Shown in pieces: positions 29,801 to 43,056 of a DNA stretch of 64,000 bases (positions within the stretch are counted from its first letter, which is position 1; each line of letters starts with the position of its first letter). The notes beneath the pieces were generated by a model that was not told the DNA's origin, did not search any database, and saw only the letters and a list, made by a program, of their open reading frames with translations. The stretch lies in the NCBI GenBank assembly GCA_951406725.2, contig OX597821.1:86118001-86182000 (forward strand), in the 5' to 3' direction. The stretch comes from Octopus vulgaris (Eukaryota). The position numbers and the translations under genes are program-made.

Positions 29801-29954
29801 AAAGAGGAGGACTACATTCTTCTTCTTCTTCTTCTTCTTCTTCTTCTTCTTCTTCTTCTTCTTCTTCTTCTTCTTCTTCTTCTTCTTCTTCTTCTTCCTC
29901 CTCCTCCTCCTCCTCCTCCTTCTCCTCCTCCTCCTCCTCCTCCTCCTCCTCCTT

Positions 29955-29985
<31 letters not shown>

Positions 29986-30101
29986 TTATTATTATTATTA
30001 TTTAATAGCAATGATGATGAATGAAGAGAAAACATTTATATTACACTGTTATTGTTGTTACTGAATGTAGCTCCAAAGTTAATATCACATATATATATGT
30101 A

Positions 30102-30153
<52 letters not shown>

Positions 30154-30154
30154 T

Positions 30155-31107
30155 ATAGATTAAATAAGGGTAGAAATTGATATCAATCAATTAACATCAA
30201 TTTAAACCAGTGATCTAGCATATTCAAAAAAATTCGAAGATTTAAAAATTATATTACAATTAATAAGAGGAGTGATCATTAAAGTGGATTCCTTTATGCT
30301 AAATATAGATCTGAAATCGCCTTACCACGAAGAGTGTGTTCTCAAGAAAAAAATCTCAGCAAACGGTGGTGATCCCACAAGGAAGGTGCGCGTGTGTGTG
30401 TATAAGAGAGTTTGTATGTACGTGAGGTAGAGGGCTGGTGATCTTGACGTGTGCGTGTGTGTGTGTAGGTGTGAAAATGTGGGTCTAGGAAGTTGTCAGT
30501 GCTGATGTGCGCGTGGTGTGTTCTGATGTGATGTGTTGCGTGGTATGGTGGTGTAAGGTGTAGTGATGTGTGGTTTGAGGGTGTTGGGAGGTGGAGGAGG
30601 CGAGGGTGGAGAAAGCAAGGGTGGGGTGTGGGTGAGGCTGAGGGTGGGGGTAGAGGTGGGACATGTGGGTAGGTGGACGGTGCGGTGGAGGTGGGGGTAT
30701 GTGGGAGTGGGTGTAAGAGATGAGGTGGGTGTGATGGGGAAGGATAGAGAAAGTAGGGGTGGAATGTGTAGGGGTGGAGTGGCTTACGAGGGAGGGATGA
30801 TGATGAGGGAGGAAGGAGAAGGTGGGTAGGAGTGAAGAGAAGATGTAGGAGTCTGAGCAAGAGAGGAGACGTGGGTGGGAGAAAATAGATGAGGGGGAGA
30901 CAGGCGAGGGGATGAGGTTAGATGAAAAGGGGAGGAGAGTTGAGCCCATGTGACGCAAAGGCGCGAAGAGAGAAGATTGATCACTGTTCAGGGCTCAAAC
31001 GGGAGTCCAGATGGCCCCTGTGCAAAGGCGATCTGAACACGAACAGGTGTTGCAAAGAGTGACCGGTAAAGCGGAAATGGCGCGAGACCGGGGTATCATT
31101 GCCGAGT

Positions 31108-31112
<5 letters not shown>
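30155..31112 (-). mobile_element. Penelope-like 3' end: GIY-YIG C-terminus plus C-rich 3' region
   Basis: 31110-30925 translates IRLGNDTPVSRHFRFTGHSLQHLFVF...R..EQ*LIFSL.....GLN, a typical PLE nuclease end. Bounded by (TA)n on both sides. Confidence 0.7.
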
Positions 31113-31160
<48 letters not shown>

Positions 31161-31551
31161 ATAACATTGGGATTTGGGCAAATGTTCTTATATAACTTAC
31201 AATACCTGAGAAGTAATTCGTGATTCTGATTTTATTTCCCTAATTTATGAATATTGTACTAATATTTAATGTTTGTTCATGCAAAACATGGAATTACACA
31301 GAATGTGGGACCTGGCTATACATTGTAAAAGAATATACATTGTAAAAGAATATACCTATTAACATATTTGTACATAAACAGATTTTCTCACAAGAGCTGG
31401 TGATCTCACAAGAGCAAGGTGTCAATTGAAGGAAGTAGGATGGAAGAAATAAGAAAAGGAGAGAGGGTGCGGCCATCACTGAAAAAAGAAAGAGTTCAAG
31501 TTTCAAAGTCCTATGAGTTATTCTCCTAGGACTTTGAAACTTGAACTCTTT

Positions 31552-31615
<64 letters not shown>

Positions 31616-31616
<1 letters not shown>

Positions 31617-31810
31617 TTTGATAGGTTTCGGCCATTATTAGCCCAGGCCATGTCTAACTTAATAGCACCACCTGGTGAAGTCTTTCAAGTCAGAATTTGG
31701 GCACTATGGCCCACTCAAGTAGAGAGTTATTGTTTACAGAGACATATCCGGGTGTAGGGGGTTTATCCGGGATTTCTTGAAGGAATCTGTCCAAAGACTT
31801 CTTGAACCCT
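31616..31810 (-). mobile_element. 3' end of a related CR1/L2-group LINE
   Basis: Translates FKKSLDRFLQEIPDKPPTPGYVSVNNNSLLEW, homologous to the C-terminus at 22225-22340. Ends at (TA)n. Confidence 0.7.
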
Positions 31811-32010
31811 GTGGAGGCGCAATGGCCTAGTGGTTAGGGCAGCGGACTCGCGGTCATAGGATCGCGGTTTCGATTCCCAGACCAGGCGTTATGAGTGTTT
31901 ATTGAGCGAAAACACCTAAAAGCTCCACGAGGCTCCAGCAGGGGGTGGTGATCCCTGCTGTACTCTTTCACCACTCTTTCTCCCACTCTTTCTTCTGTTG
32001 ACCTGCTCGC
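31811..32010 (+). mobile_element. SINE family A, 5' half
   Basis: Same tRNA-like head, truncated. A further partial copy lies at 62475-62660 (-). Confidence 0.85.
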
Positions 32011-33571
32011 TATCTTTGTTAATGACAAGGGAGGATAAAGATATTGCAAATTAGTGGTCCATACCAAGGATGGTTAATACTGACTTTTAGTCCTGAACGG
32101 TGTTGGTGTAACTGAATGATTTAGTCCAGTGACACATGGGCACTAATTTTGTTGGGTATGGAGGAATTAAAGTAAAGCCAATTTTAGAGGGCATTTGAAT
32201 CTGAAGCATCAAGCATTTGATAGCCACAATGATACTGAAAAAGGCGGAATGGTTGAATCGTTAGAGAATCAAATAAAATGCCCTGCAGTATTTTTTCAAG
32301 CAATTAAATCTGTGAATTGAAGATCCGCCGAAGTCAGTTTTACATTTTAGCTTTTCGGGGTCGATAAAGTACCAGTGAAATATGGGAACGATCTAACCGA
32401 ATAACTTTCCACCCTGATTTTTTAATTTTAGTCCCCATACCTACATAAGAAATAATTATAGTAGTCATGAAAATCACGATTAGGTCAAGTAGGATTTGAA
32501 CTTTGAACACTGAAGGAGAAGAGCACAGCCCACAAAGCATTTTTGCGGAGCTTTATTATTTATGCAACTTCCTCTACAGTAATTTTTGTTGGATAAGGCG
32601 AAAACTCTGATAATAATCAGGGCCCAAATTTTAGCGGGGAGGTGTAGTATATTAAATCGACTCAAGTACATTATTTAATAGATGATAGACGTTAAAGACA
32701 ATCATAGCAGGATTTAAACTCAGAATGAGATGACTGGCCACGGTTGTTTGGGCGCTGGCAATTTGGTATGGCTGATTGGACACTGAATTTGTCTTGGCAG
32801 TGGCTTTTTGAACGAATGTATTTTTTGGCACTGGAGGCGAACGTACACACACATACAAACAGACACACGCGCGTGTGTACACAGACATGCACGCACACTC
32901 ACACGCAGACACGCGAACACACACACACATGTGAACGTTCCCGGGGAAACATGCACATAAATAGATTAGAAAGAACTTCCTTGTGCTTCTTTGTTATCAA
33001 TAGTATTTCTGATATTTACGAGTTTCTGTACATGACCTCTCATATCACTTGTCAGTCACGTTGCAGATCTGCAAGACTTGAGGCATAGGTGACAGCTGAA
33101 AGAAATTAATGTGCACTTCTATTGCCATAAAACTTTCAGTAAATTAAATGACAAACAAGGTCACCATAAAGAGACATTTCTATGTTATTGAATTACAGGG
33201 ATAAATGTTGAACAACACGAGTACCACGTTCTGAATCTTCGTAATTAACGTTTAGTGCCAGGCCAAAGTGGGATGGCCAGTAATCAAATGAACCTGCAGG
33301 TTTTACACCAGTGTGTCCCTCTCCTAGAAGGATTCTGTAACAACAGCTAGGGTTCTTTCATCTCAGTCGTTTATGCTAATTGGCTCAGAGCTGAGACTCA
33401 GGCAGGTGCTACTAATCGGGGTCAGGGTTGACCCGGGAACGATAGTGGCTAAGAGGTGGTTCTATACTTCTCAAAACCCTGGCACTCTCCAAACCATGGC
33501 CCTACAAATGGAAGCAATTTAAAGTCACATCCAGGAAACGTAAAAAGAAATATACATATATAAACAGAGAG

Positions 33572-33618
<47 letters not shown>

Positions 33619-34198
33619 AAGAGAGACAGACAGACACGAAGCAGAGAGAGAGAGAGTAAGAGAGAGAGAGAGAAGAGAGAAGAGAGGGAAGGCTGTGTTT
33701 GCAGCAATCGGAGTAACATAATACTCCTAAGTGTTTCTTTCGCCGAAATTTAAATTCCCTGTCACATCTATGTTGTCAAGAATCTAAAGAAATCCGCCGA
33801 GGGAAAAAATGTTTCATTTACCCGTCCACCAACTACAATGCACATAAAGTAAAGCGGAACGTTAAACGAAGTTTAGTTGTCGATTAGTTTGGTGTGATTA
33901 CAAGTTGATTGTCGACTAAAGTAAAAGCAAAATTTTCAAGGTGTCAAAATGGTCCCAAGAAAAAAAAAAAGCCTAATGTCAAATAAGTCAGCGTCGAATC
34001 AGCGATGCCAAAGAGGCGGACCAAAACGGCTGTGCCAAAGCTGTTATATCCTTCTATTCCGTAATTTTGTATATCAGTTTACATATTCTTGGAATTGGAA
34101 TTAAAGATTTGGTTGTTATCCCTAGCAACTGATAGTCAGATGGAGTCATCGAGGTCGCCATTTAAGCTCGTAGCTAGCAGCTGCAGCAACAATAGTAA

Positions 34199-34282
<84 letters not shown>

Positions 34283-34496
34283 GTCTTGTTATCAATTCTA
34301 TAAGAATACCTTGTACGAGGGTCGGCCGAAAAGTTCATAGGCTGTTCAAGATATTCTCATGTAATGTGACCAAATGAAGATTACTTTCTAGCATAGTCCC
34401 CCTTGCAGTCCACACACGTCTTCTATCGGTGATGCCGCTCTTGGGTCCCATTGGAGAAGAAGCTTTAATCAGGTTGGTCAAAAAAGTCATCGAGTT

Positions 34497-34913
34497 GCTG
34501 TGTGGTAAGTAGCTTGTCTACCAACCACATGGTTCCGGATTCAGTCCCACTGCGTGGCACCTTGGGTAAGTGTCTTCTACTATAGCCTCGGGCCGACCAA
34601 AGCCTTGTGAGTGGATTTGGTAGACGGAAACTGAAAGAAGCCCGCCCTATATATATATATATATATATATACATATATACACATATATATGTATATATGC
34701 GTGTGTGTGTTTGTGTGTCTGTGTTTGTCCCCTAGCATTGCTTGACAACCGATGCTGGTGTGTTTATGCCCCCGTCACTTAGCGGTTCGGCAAAAGAGAC
34801 CGACAGAATAAGTACTGGGCTTACAAAAGAATAAGTCCCGGGGTCGAGTTGTTCGATTAAAGGCGGTGCTCCAGCATGGCCGCAGTCAAATGACTGAAAC
34901 AAGTAAAAGAGTA
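34497..34913 (+). mobile_element. SINE family B nested in mariner
   Basis: Same family. Duplicate at 45794-46245. Confidence 0.88.
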
Positions 34914-35984
34914 ACAGCAGATATGACGCCATCACATCTGCAATACTGGTTCCCAGCCGAGTGTTCTTTAATGTTGGGGAACAGCTGATAGTCAGATGGA
35001 GCCAAATCAGTAGAATAAGAAAGCCGAGCAACCACTTCAAAGCCAAAGTTGTGCAAGGCTGCCATTGAAACCAAGAACTCGTGTGCTGGAGCAATTGTCC
35101 AGATGAAACAAGCCAACCTTCGTCAGTTTTCATGAGCGTCCGGTCTCGATAAAATTTTGTAACTGCTTCAGCAAGTTGGCATAGTGCTCTACACAAAGTC
35201 CTTCCCTGAGGACACATTTCTCTTTTTGCCGAAAAGTCCCTACCTAGCACCATCGAGGTGCTTGAGTGTGGAATTGAGCCTGGTCGGGTGACGGCGGGTT
35301 GAAAAATTTAAGAGGCTTAGTGCCTCGTATTGTGTATCGACATTAAAGTAAGAGGTTTAATGCCTCGGTCTTTTGTTTTGTTTTGTATTTGAGTTTATTG
35401 GTTGTAAGAGGCTCAGAGCCTCAATTGAGAATGAACTATGGAACTAAAGTAAGATGTTTAATATCTCGTATTGTTTTTACTATATATAAAAAAAAGAATA
35501 ATGTTTTAGAGAAGCAAAATATCGGCGGGCGTTTTTTGTCTTCTCCCATCAATATCATCCTTTTTCATCATTCATTTCATCAATGTTTTTGTCCAGCCCG
35601 CAAGCTACTCTGTGTTATGCGTATATAGTACTCTTCACTGATGCTGTGACCCCTTTCAAGATAGTCAATAAACACAATACCTTTTGCATCCACCAAAACC
35701 GAAGCCATCACCTTCCTTCCTTGCAGATGGAACGACCTTAGTCTTCTTTGGAGCAGAAGAAGAAGGATATTTCCCCTGCATGGATTGGTCTCTTTGTCTC
35801 TGGATCAAAGTGATAAACCCAACACACATCCTGGCTTAGGAAACATTCATGGAAAGCAGGTGGATATGTCTGAAACAATGTCATATTTTTCTGTGGTATG
35901 ATCAGTCTGGTGCGCTTTTGAGATCTGGTGTCAGAAAACATGGCGCCCACTGAGTAAGAAACCTGCCAAATCCATTATGTAGAA

Positions 35985-36380
35985 CTAGCAGTATCGCCCG
36001 GCGTTGCTCGGGTTTGTAAGGGAAATAACTATATAAGCATTTTTAGAGATGTAACGTATAATAGCCATCTCAATATGGCTAACCACAAAGGGGGGGTGTT
36101 ACTGTAGCTTTTTACGTTCTGAGATTTAATAATACATTTTTAGAGAGTTACTTCCCTTATATATGCCAAAAATGCATTAAAAATGGGAAAAATTGATGGT
36201 AATTTTTTTTAAAAATCGTAGGCTCATCGTAGACGCGCGCTAATACCTAGAAGGTCTCGATATGAATCACAACTGTAAGATACCCGGTTTTGGTTAAACT
36301 GCACCGCAAAATGTGGGAGTAGTTAGGAATCTAAATCGTAGGAAACAGACAGCACACAACCTCACTTTTATATATAAAGA
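35985..36380 (-). mobile_element. Non-autonomous Helitron
   Basis: Minus strand A|TCTTTATATA...cccgagcaacgccggg hairpin...CTAG|T with no TSD. Removing it restores the mariner reading EKVENI-LHN. Confidence 0.85.
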
Positions 36381-37151
36381 TATTCTCAACTTTCTCATGG
36401 GATATGCTAATAGCATTGTCTTTTTGATTCATAGTCAGTCGCTTGTTATCCATCAATATGTGGTGAACACGATCAAGGTTTTCTTTGGTGGCAGTTGCAG
36501 TATGTCCAGACTTCAAGTCATCTTCAAGACTCTCCCTTCTCCTAAGTTCAGCTTCCCACTTTTGCAGTGTTGATAAAGCTGGAGCGTCATCTCTTAATGT
36601 AGCAATCATATCAACATGAATGCCGTTGGCGGCTAAAACATTTTTCTGCAGGTACTTAATAACACTACACGACCAAATCATGTCTGTTTTCAGTTACTGT
36701 TTTCAAGTTACTTTTGGAGTCTTCTTTCAACAGTCAGATGTCAGTAAATTTGGAAAAACACAACGCGACTATTCTATAAGAAGCGTTGACATTGATGCAT
36801 GCAAGGTTCACAGCTTTGGCATCACTCCATAGTCAGCCCGCGTCTCAGCCCACCCTCATATAATACCTTATATAATAGGTTTTGTATAACCAGTTTTGTT
36901 TAGTTGTGTTCCCACCATATATCAGGACTGAAAAAAGATCTCGTCCTCATTTTTAGATATGACAGCAAATTGTAGAGGATTATTTACTTGATACAGGCCT
37001 TGTTTAGCAACTAGGTTCTAGTCATGAACAACCTAAACGTGTCTCCACACCTTTTTTTTCTTTTGATTTAAGAGAGATTTGACAACAAGTTTTAAGTCGA
37101 GAGACCACATAGATAACATCTTTTTGATCTCATTGTGTAACTGTGATTTGT

Positions 37152-37191
<40 letters not shown>

Positions 37192-38917
37192 CTCTCTCTC
37201 TCTCTCTCTCTCTCATACACGCGCACACACACATAGACATACACAGACACACACACATAAGCATACATACAAACATATTTATACACATACACATACGCAG
37301 CCAAACTTGGCCTGCAGCTTAAGCAACAGCCGTCGTTTGCGCCCAGGTCAGCTTTGCCAAAACTGGCGTGTAATAATACGTCTGATTATAATCGAAGTCA
37401 TTCCAGGTATGATCACCCTGTCGATTTTTTCTTCAGTTAATATCTGTCTGGGACAATATTATAAAATTTTCTTTTTGAAGATATCAGAGTGTGATTTAAG
37501 GAATATTTGCCTGCTCTTTCTTACAGGGTTGTCGAATCATATAGAACAGCTATACAACAGCAGTATATTGTTAATACAAAGGCAGTGAATTCGTTAAATT
37601 TAAAGAACGACGGATAGACTGTTTTGCGGTGTTCATTCCGATTCTTTATCCTGAGCCTAAATTCTGCTCAGATCAACTTTATCTTTCTTCTTTTCAAGGG
37701 TAGCTAAATAAAGAACCAGCCTAGAAGCGATGGAGCGAAGACGCGTGGCCTAGAGGTTAAAATTCTGCGCTCACGATCAAAAGATCCGGTTTCGATTCCT
37801 GGTGCGGGTGGTGCGTTGTGTTCTTACGCAAAACACTTCATTTCACGTTGCTCTAGTTCACTCAGCGATCTGGCATCTCCTTCTAGAGGATGGGGAGTGT
37901 AGTGATCTCAGTCTCTTATACGCCATAGAAACCGGATTAAGCTCCGTTCTAATGCGTCTTAGGGGTCATGGCGGACACAAAAGCGGTGGATTAGCAGAAC
38001 CGTTCCAACATTGGATATAGTTCCTTGTGAATGGTCTAGATTTGAAGGCTTTTGGATCTAGTTTAATTGATTCACAAAATCAGCCTCCTTTAATTTTGCT
38101 CAGATTGCTTTCAATTTTGGTGTATCGATGCAACTCTGAATTTTGATTACGATCTACAAATTACTTTATCTTGTAAATTAAAGAGTCTGATGTTATTTCG
38201 AATTAAATTTGGGAAATTTGGGTAGTTTTAGCCAATCAGCAGACAGCGAGGCATTAACGGCTTGTTACATGACAACCGCACGTTGTGTTTCACTTCACCC
38301 GCGTCTGTGCTGCACGTGTGTGTGTGCATGTATACACGTTTGTGTATGTGTGCATGTATGTATGGGTGTTGTGTGTAAGGAGGTATATGGTATATGTGCG
38401 TTCATGTGTGTGTATACGTGCGTGTGTGTGCGTGTGTGTACATGCGTGTGTATATATATCTATGTGTGTTGTGTGTGTGTGGGTATATATGTGCGTTAAT
38501 GTGTGTGTATGTGTGCTTTCTTGTATGTGTGTTTATGTGTGTGCATGTATGTATGTTATGTGTGTGGGTGTATATGTGTGTTCATGTGTGTGTATGTGTG
38601 TATGTGTGTGTGCATATGTGTGTACATGTATGTATGGTGTGTGTGTGTGTGTGTATTTTGTGTGTGGGATCTCGTTAAATCGATTCACATGCACATATAA
38701 ACATATATGAATACATACATCCACATGCACTTATATATTAACGATGTACATTACAGGTATACATAATACTGAAATAGGCATGAAGTAAATAAGGTAACTG
38801 GTCATTTCACAGACGCTAAACTATAAATTTCACAGAGTACAACCTTAAAGTTGACACCGCTCTCTCACTATTAGCTAAAATTCCACAGTTTTTACGATTT
38901 TTAAACCTCTGTAAATT

Positions 38918-39081
38918 TACATTATTTACAATTAATGAATATTTGTCCTCATCTTGTTTGTTATTAACACAACGTTTCGGCTGATATACCCTCTAGCCTT
39001 CATCAGGTGTCTTAGGGAAATTTTGAACCTGGGTTCTCATTCCTAAGGTATTTTTCGATGTTGTTGTTGTTGTTGTTGTTG

Positions 39082-39165
<84 letters not shown>

Positions 39166-39298
39166 TCACTGCCCGGAATCGAACTCGGAATCTTGGGGTT
39201 AGTAGCCCGCGCCTTAACTACAAGATGAGGACAAATTTCCGTCAATTGTAAATAATGTAAATAATGTACATAATTCCTCATCTCTTAAATATAGAACT
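38918..39298 (-). mobile_element. tRNA-headed element with (AAT)n, hammerhead-containing tail and inverted terminal segment
   Basis: tRNA-like segment 39221-39160 (anticodon-like loop ctactaa, B box gagttcgattc), hammerhead 39010-38967, and 38918-38957 inverted at 39220-39259. Duplicate at about 50239-50585. Confidence 0.7.
38967..39010 (-). ncRNA. Minimal type I hammerhead ribozyme
   Basis: acac-CUGAUGA-a-ggcu...agcc-GAAA-CGUU-gugu, with palindrome AACGUU in place of stem III. Confidence 0.75.
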
Positions 39299-39514
39299 CC
39301 GTAATTTTTTTCGCAATTTCTTTTCTCTCCACAAGATCTGGGATTCACAGCATTAAGAGCGGAAAACTACATCAATATAACCGATTTTCAGATTTTTTTA
39401 CTTCCTTTAAAACATGCATATTCTGTGAATCATTTTTAACTAGGTCTAAGCTTTTCATCATAACTTACTAATATCAAAAACCTATTTGGGAATAAACAAG
39501 AACTAAAGAAGTCT

Positions 39515-39745
39515 AAGGCGGCGAGCTGGCAGAAACGTTAGCATGCCGGGCGGAATGCTTTGTGGTATTTCGTCCGCCGCTGCGTGCTGAGTTCAAATTC
39601 CGCCGAGGTCGACTTTGCCTTTCATCCTTTCGGGGTCGATAAATTAAGTACCAGTTACACACTGGGGTCGATGTAATCGACTTAATCGTTTGTCTGTCCT
39701 TGTTTGTCCCCTCTGTGTTTAGCCCCTTGTGGGTAATAAAGAAAT
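39515..39745 (+). mobile_element. SINE family C (central domain gactttgcctttcatcctttcggggtcgataaa, Meta/MESC-like)
   Basis: Pol III-like head ggcggcgagctggcagaa...gagttcaaattcc and 17-bp TSD aagaactaaagaagtct (39498-39514, 39746-39762). Duplicate at 50802-51032. Older copies at about 26705-26920, 28610-28820, 32240-32460 and 62230-62445. Confidence 0.85.
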
Positions 39746-40260
39746 AAGAACTAAAGAAGTCTCTATAGTAACCTGCTAGAAATAGCAACCAACGCTCACG
39801 TAAATCATACGCTACCATTTCATTACCGGAAAATACATTAGGGATTGTACATATATTCGTACAGTGGAATTTAAACCTTGAACTAGGCGACAAATAAACA
39901 ATATTTAGAAATCCTTTTATTTCATTCGTATATTGTAATCGTATCATTTGACATGAAACCTGATATGCGCATTACTCACAGGATATGTATAAAGCAAAAT
40001 ATTTATATTGTTATATTTTGTGATGGTCACTTTTGTTTCGTTGCCAGATAAAACACATGCACGATACAATCATCCTTCAAAAGCTTTATTACTATTATTC
40101 TTATTTTGGCGTCTTTGATCTGAAATCTTTAGTCACACCTCCCGTGAACATTCTAATGGACTAAACTGAACAGGAGAGACACGTGGGATGAAGAATTACT
40201 GAAGAGATCACAGGGCGTGTGACGAAATATTTCAGTCAAAGGTGGTTGGGGACAGTGACA

Positions 40261-40306
<46 letters not shown>

Positions 40307-40387
40307 TATATTCAAAATTTAAATAAATTATCTTAAAAAGAAAGCAACAATGGTAAAGTGGCCAGCAAACATAATCCAGATATGCAA

Positions 40388-40415
40388 TCTTTATATATAT
40401 AAAACTGAGAATGTG

Positions 40416-40446
<31 letters not shown>

Positions 40447-41554
40447 GTGTTTCCCTAAAACTTGAGAACTACACAACCAATTTCATTCAAATATTACACA
40501 TGCCTTACTTAGGGTCCGGGGAGTGTCATCGGCAAAATCTTTTAAAAACTTTTTGCTTAGGGCGAGCCCACAGCAATATCATATCTTCTCCACTACGATT
40601 TCCTAAAACTTGAGAACTACACAACCAATTTCATTCAAATTTTACACATGCCTTACTTAGGGTCCATGTAGTTTCATGGGCAAAAAATGTTCAACTTCTT
40701 GCCTAGAGTGAGCCCATAGCAATATCATATCTTCTCCACTATTTCAGTATTACGTGTTAAAAGTGAAACAAAAACATTTCTCTATTTTATGTCAGATACT
40801 TTCACTTAGTATATGTAGTAAGTAATAATTAAAATCAAACTAAAGTATAATATAATCGTAACATAACAAAAGTAAAAATAGCAATTGGTATAAAATTACA
40901 TTAATGACTTGAACTTGAATAAGTGGTTTCACATGAATGGGAATAAATTAAAAATAAAATTAGCGTGCAGAAATGGAATTGTCCAGATGGATAATAAAAA
41001 ATTAAATTAAAGAAAAGACTATTGTCTATAAAGTATATAATGTAGAGAAAAAAGAAGATTTGAACATATGGAGGAAAGCACCTTCGAAAAGTGTCTTGCT
41101 GCGACTATGAAAGATATCTAATCAGAGGCGGTAAATTCGCCACAATAGAAGCAAGGTTCGAGTCAACGGAGCGTGCAAGGGAGTACTCGACTCGAACTTG
41201 CAAAGTGGAAATATTTTATTTTTACCTTTATATCTGGGACGTAGGACGTCCCGGAAAAAAATTAAAATGCCCCCCCACCACCCGAAGTAGAGGTAGGCTG
41301 GATTGTAGCCACACTTCTATACAAGAGGGAGGACAAGATACAATTGATCGAAATTACAAGAGACGGGCTAACAATTCCAGTCTTTTATATATTTTGAGTA
41401 TTGTTATCACTAGCGATATCAAGATATAACTTTGTATTTTGCATTTTATGTGTAGATGTATATATATAGATGTACATGTAATATGTACACATATATATAC
41501 ACATATATACATGCACTAGCACTATGACCCGGCAATGACGGGTCTTTAATGCTA

Positions 41555-41555
<1 letters not shown>
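40388..41555 (+). mobile_element. Non-autonomous Helitron with (TCTG)n and an internal ~150-bp tandem duplication
   Basis: A|TCTTTATATATATAAAA 5' end, subterminal hairpin gacccggcaatgacgggtc, CTAG|T 3' end. Confidence 0.8.
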
Positions 41556-41624
<69 letters not shown>

Positions 41625-41919
41625 AGTAGACGAAACAGGGACAACTGAAGAAGGGAAATATTCCTTGTGTCGTATGTCTTGTACTCTGTTTTTTTCGTTG
41701 TTTGAAAAAAAGTTCGTTTCCATGTTTTTGTTTTTGTTTTCGTCTCTCATTGTGTTCAACGTTTTTTTATGTCCTGTACCCATATATGCATGTATATATA
41801 CATATAGATGTAGGTATGTACATATATGTAGATATGCATATATTTATATATTATTTATATTATTACATGATCCAACGCCACGCATCCTTTTCCAAGTAAG
41901 TTTTTCTCTCTCTCTCTCC

Positions 41920-42035
<116 letters not shown>

Positions 42036-42200
42036 TAAAAGTCGGGCTAAAAGATGCATCTGTTTGCTTGAAAGAAAAATAAAATTCTCTCAAACTACGT
42101 ATCTCTCATTCTGTGTAAAGCCACACGGAGATGTAGTAAATACATTTAGAAAAACGTTTTTCCATTTTGTAAATCTACTCCCGTTTGTAGATTTACATTG

Positions 42201-42238
<38 letters not shown>

Positions 42239-42301
42239 GAAATGAAGAAAATGCTGACAAATAATTGAAGTAATTTAAGTAATTTATTTATGTGAAAGTT
42301 C

Positions 42302-42339
42302 TATTTACCGGTTGCGCATTTGTTATGCTTATCAAAATA
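42302..42339 (-). ncRNA. Hammerhead-like motif (U3-A8; GAAA changed to GCAA) in Penelope pseudo-LTR
   Basis: uauu-UUGAUAA-gcau-aacaa-augc-GCAA-CCGGUA-aaua. Confidence 0.55.
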
Positions 42340-43056
42340 TAAAAGAGAGATTAGTGTCTGTCTCTTATATGTGAAAAAAAGAGGCTCTAGAGTTGTTTTG
42401 GATTTGCTTGGTTTCGCGCCTAAAATTTTGATTGGTCATTATGAAGGGGTCACGTGAATGTTTGAATGGAAGTTGGTGTTGGGGTAAGAAAAAAGGCTCC
42501 AGAGAAGTTAAAATTTGGCTAGTGTCCCGCCTAAAATTTCTTATTGGCCATAATAAAGAGGTCACGTGAATGTTTAGAATTTTCGAAAATAGTGTTGTTG
42601 AAAATTCTTATTGTTCAGGCTGGTCAGTAGACGTCATGTGGATATTTTAAATAGCTTTTTAGCGCGTAGTTAGGGCGTGTATTTTCCGCTTGACTGGATA
42701 AGTAATTTCGTTTAGAACAGGGAGAGCTGTATGTATGTATGTGTGTGCGCGCGCGCGCGTGTGTGTGTGTTTATATGTATGTTGGGGCGCGCGCGCGTGT
42801 ATATATGTGTGTGTGTGTGGGTACAATTTTCAATATTTATAGTTCTGCTGGCCTTGTGCCTGTATCGGGAAGCAACGTATTTGTGTGAAGTCAATATTTA
42901 CAGCCATTTCCAAAAAATAGTGTTGGATGTTTTGCACCCGTATTCAATTATGTGTATGTGTGGAACCATATATTTGTGTGTGTCATGGTGTTAATATCTG
43001 GGTAAAGGTGTGTGTAGGGTGTGTGCAGGTGTAAGTGTGTTTGTTGTGGGTTCGTG

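Larger units (their letters stand above)
34316..36858 (-). mobile_element. Decayed mariner (DD34D) transposon with three nested insertions
   Basis: N-terminal HTH (STLQKW...ESLEDD..SG), WVYHFDPETKR, APAH, YS(T/P)DLAPSDYQLF. Degenerate TIRs ta|cgagggtcggccgaaaagttc and cagcccaccctca|ta. Confidence 0.85.

Noticed and set aside
32041-32115. LQISGPYQGWLILTFSP resembling a DOMON N-terminus
   Set aside because: No splice sites, stops on both sides and no ADIV-type motif; probably chance.
34732-35253. 173-aa ORF (also 46065-46586)
   Set aside because: A chimeric frame across an unclassified insert, mariner remnant and SINE; its repetition is due to the duplication.
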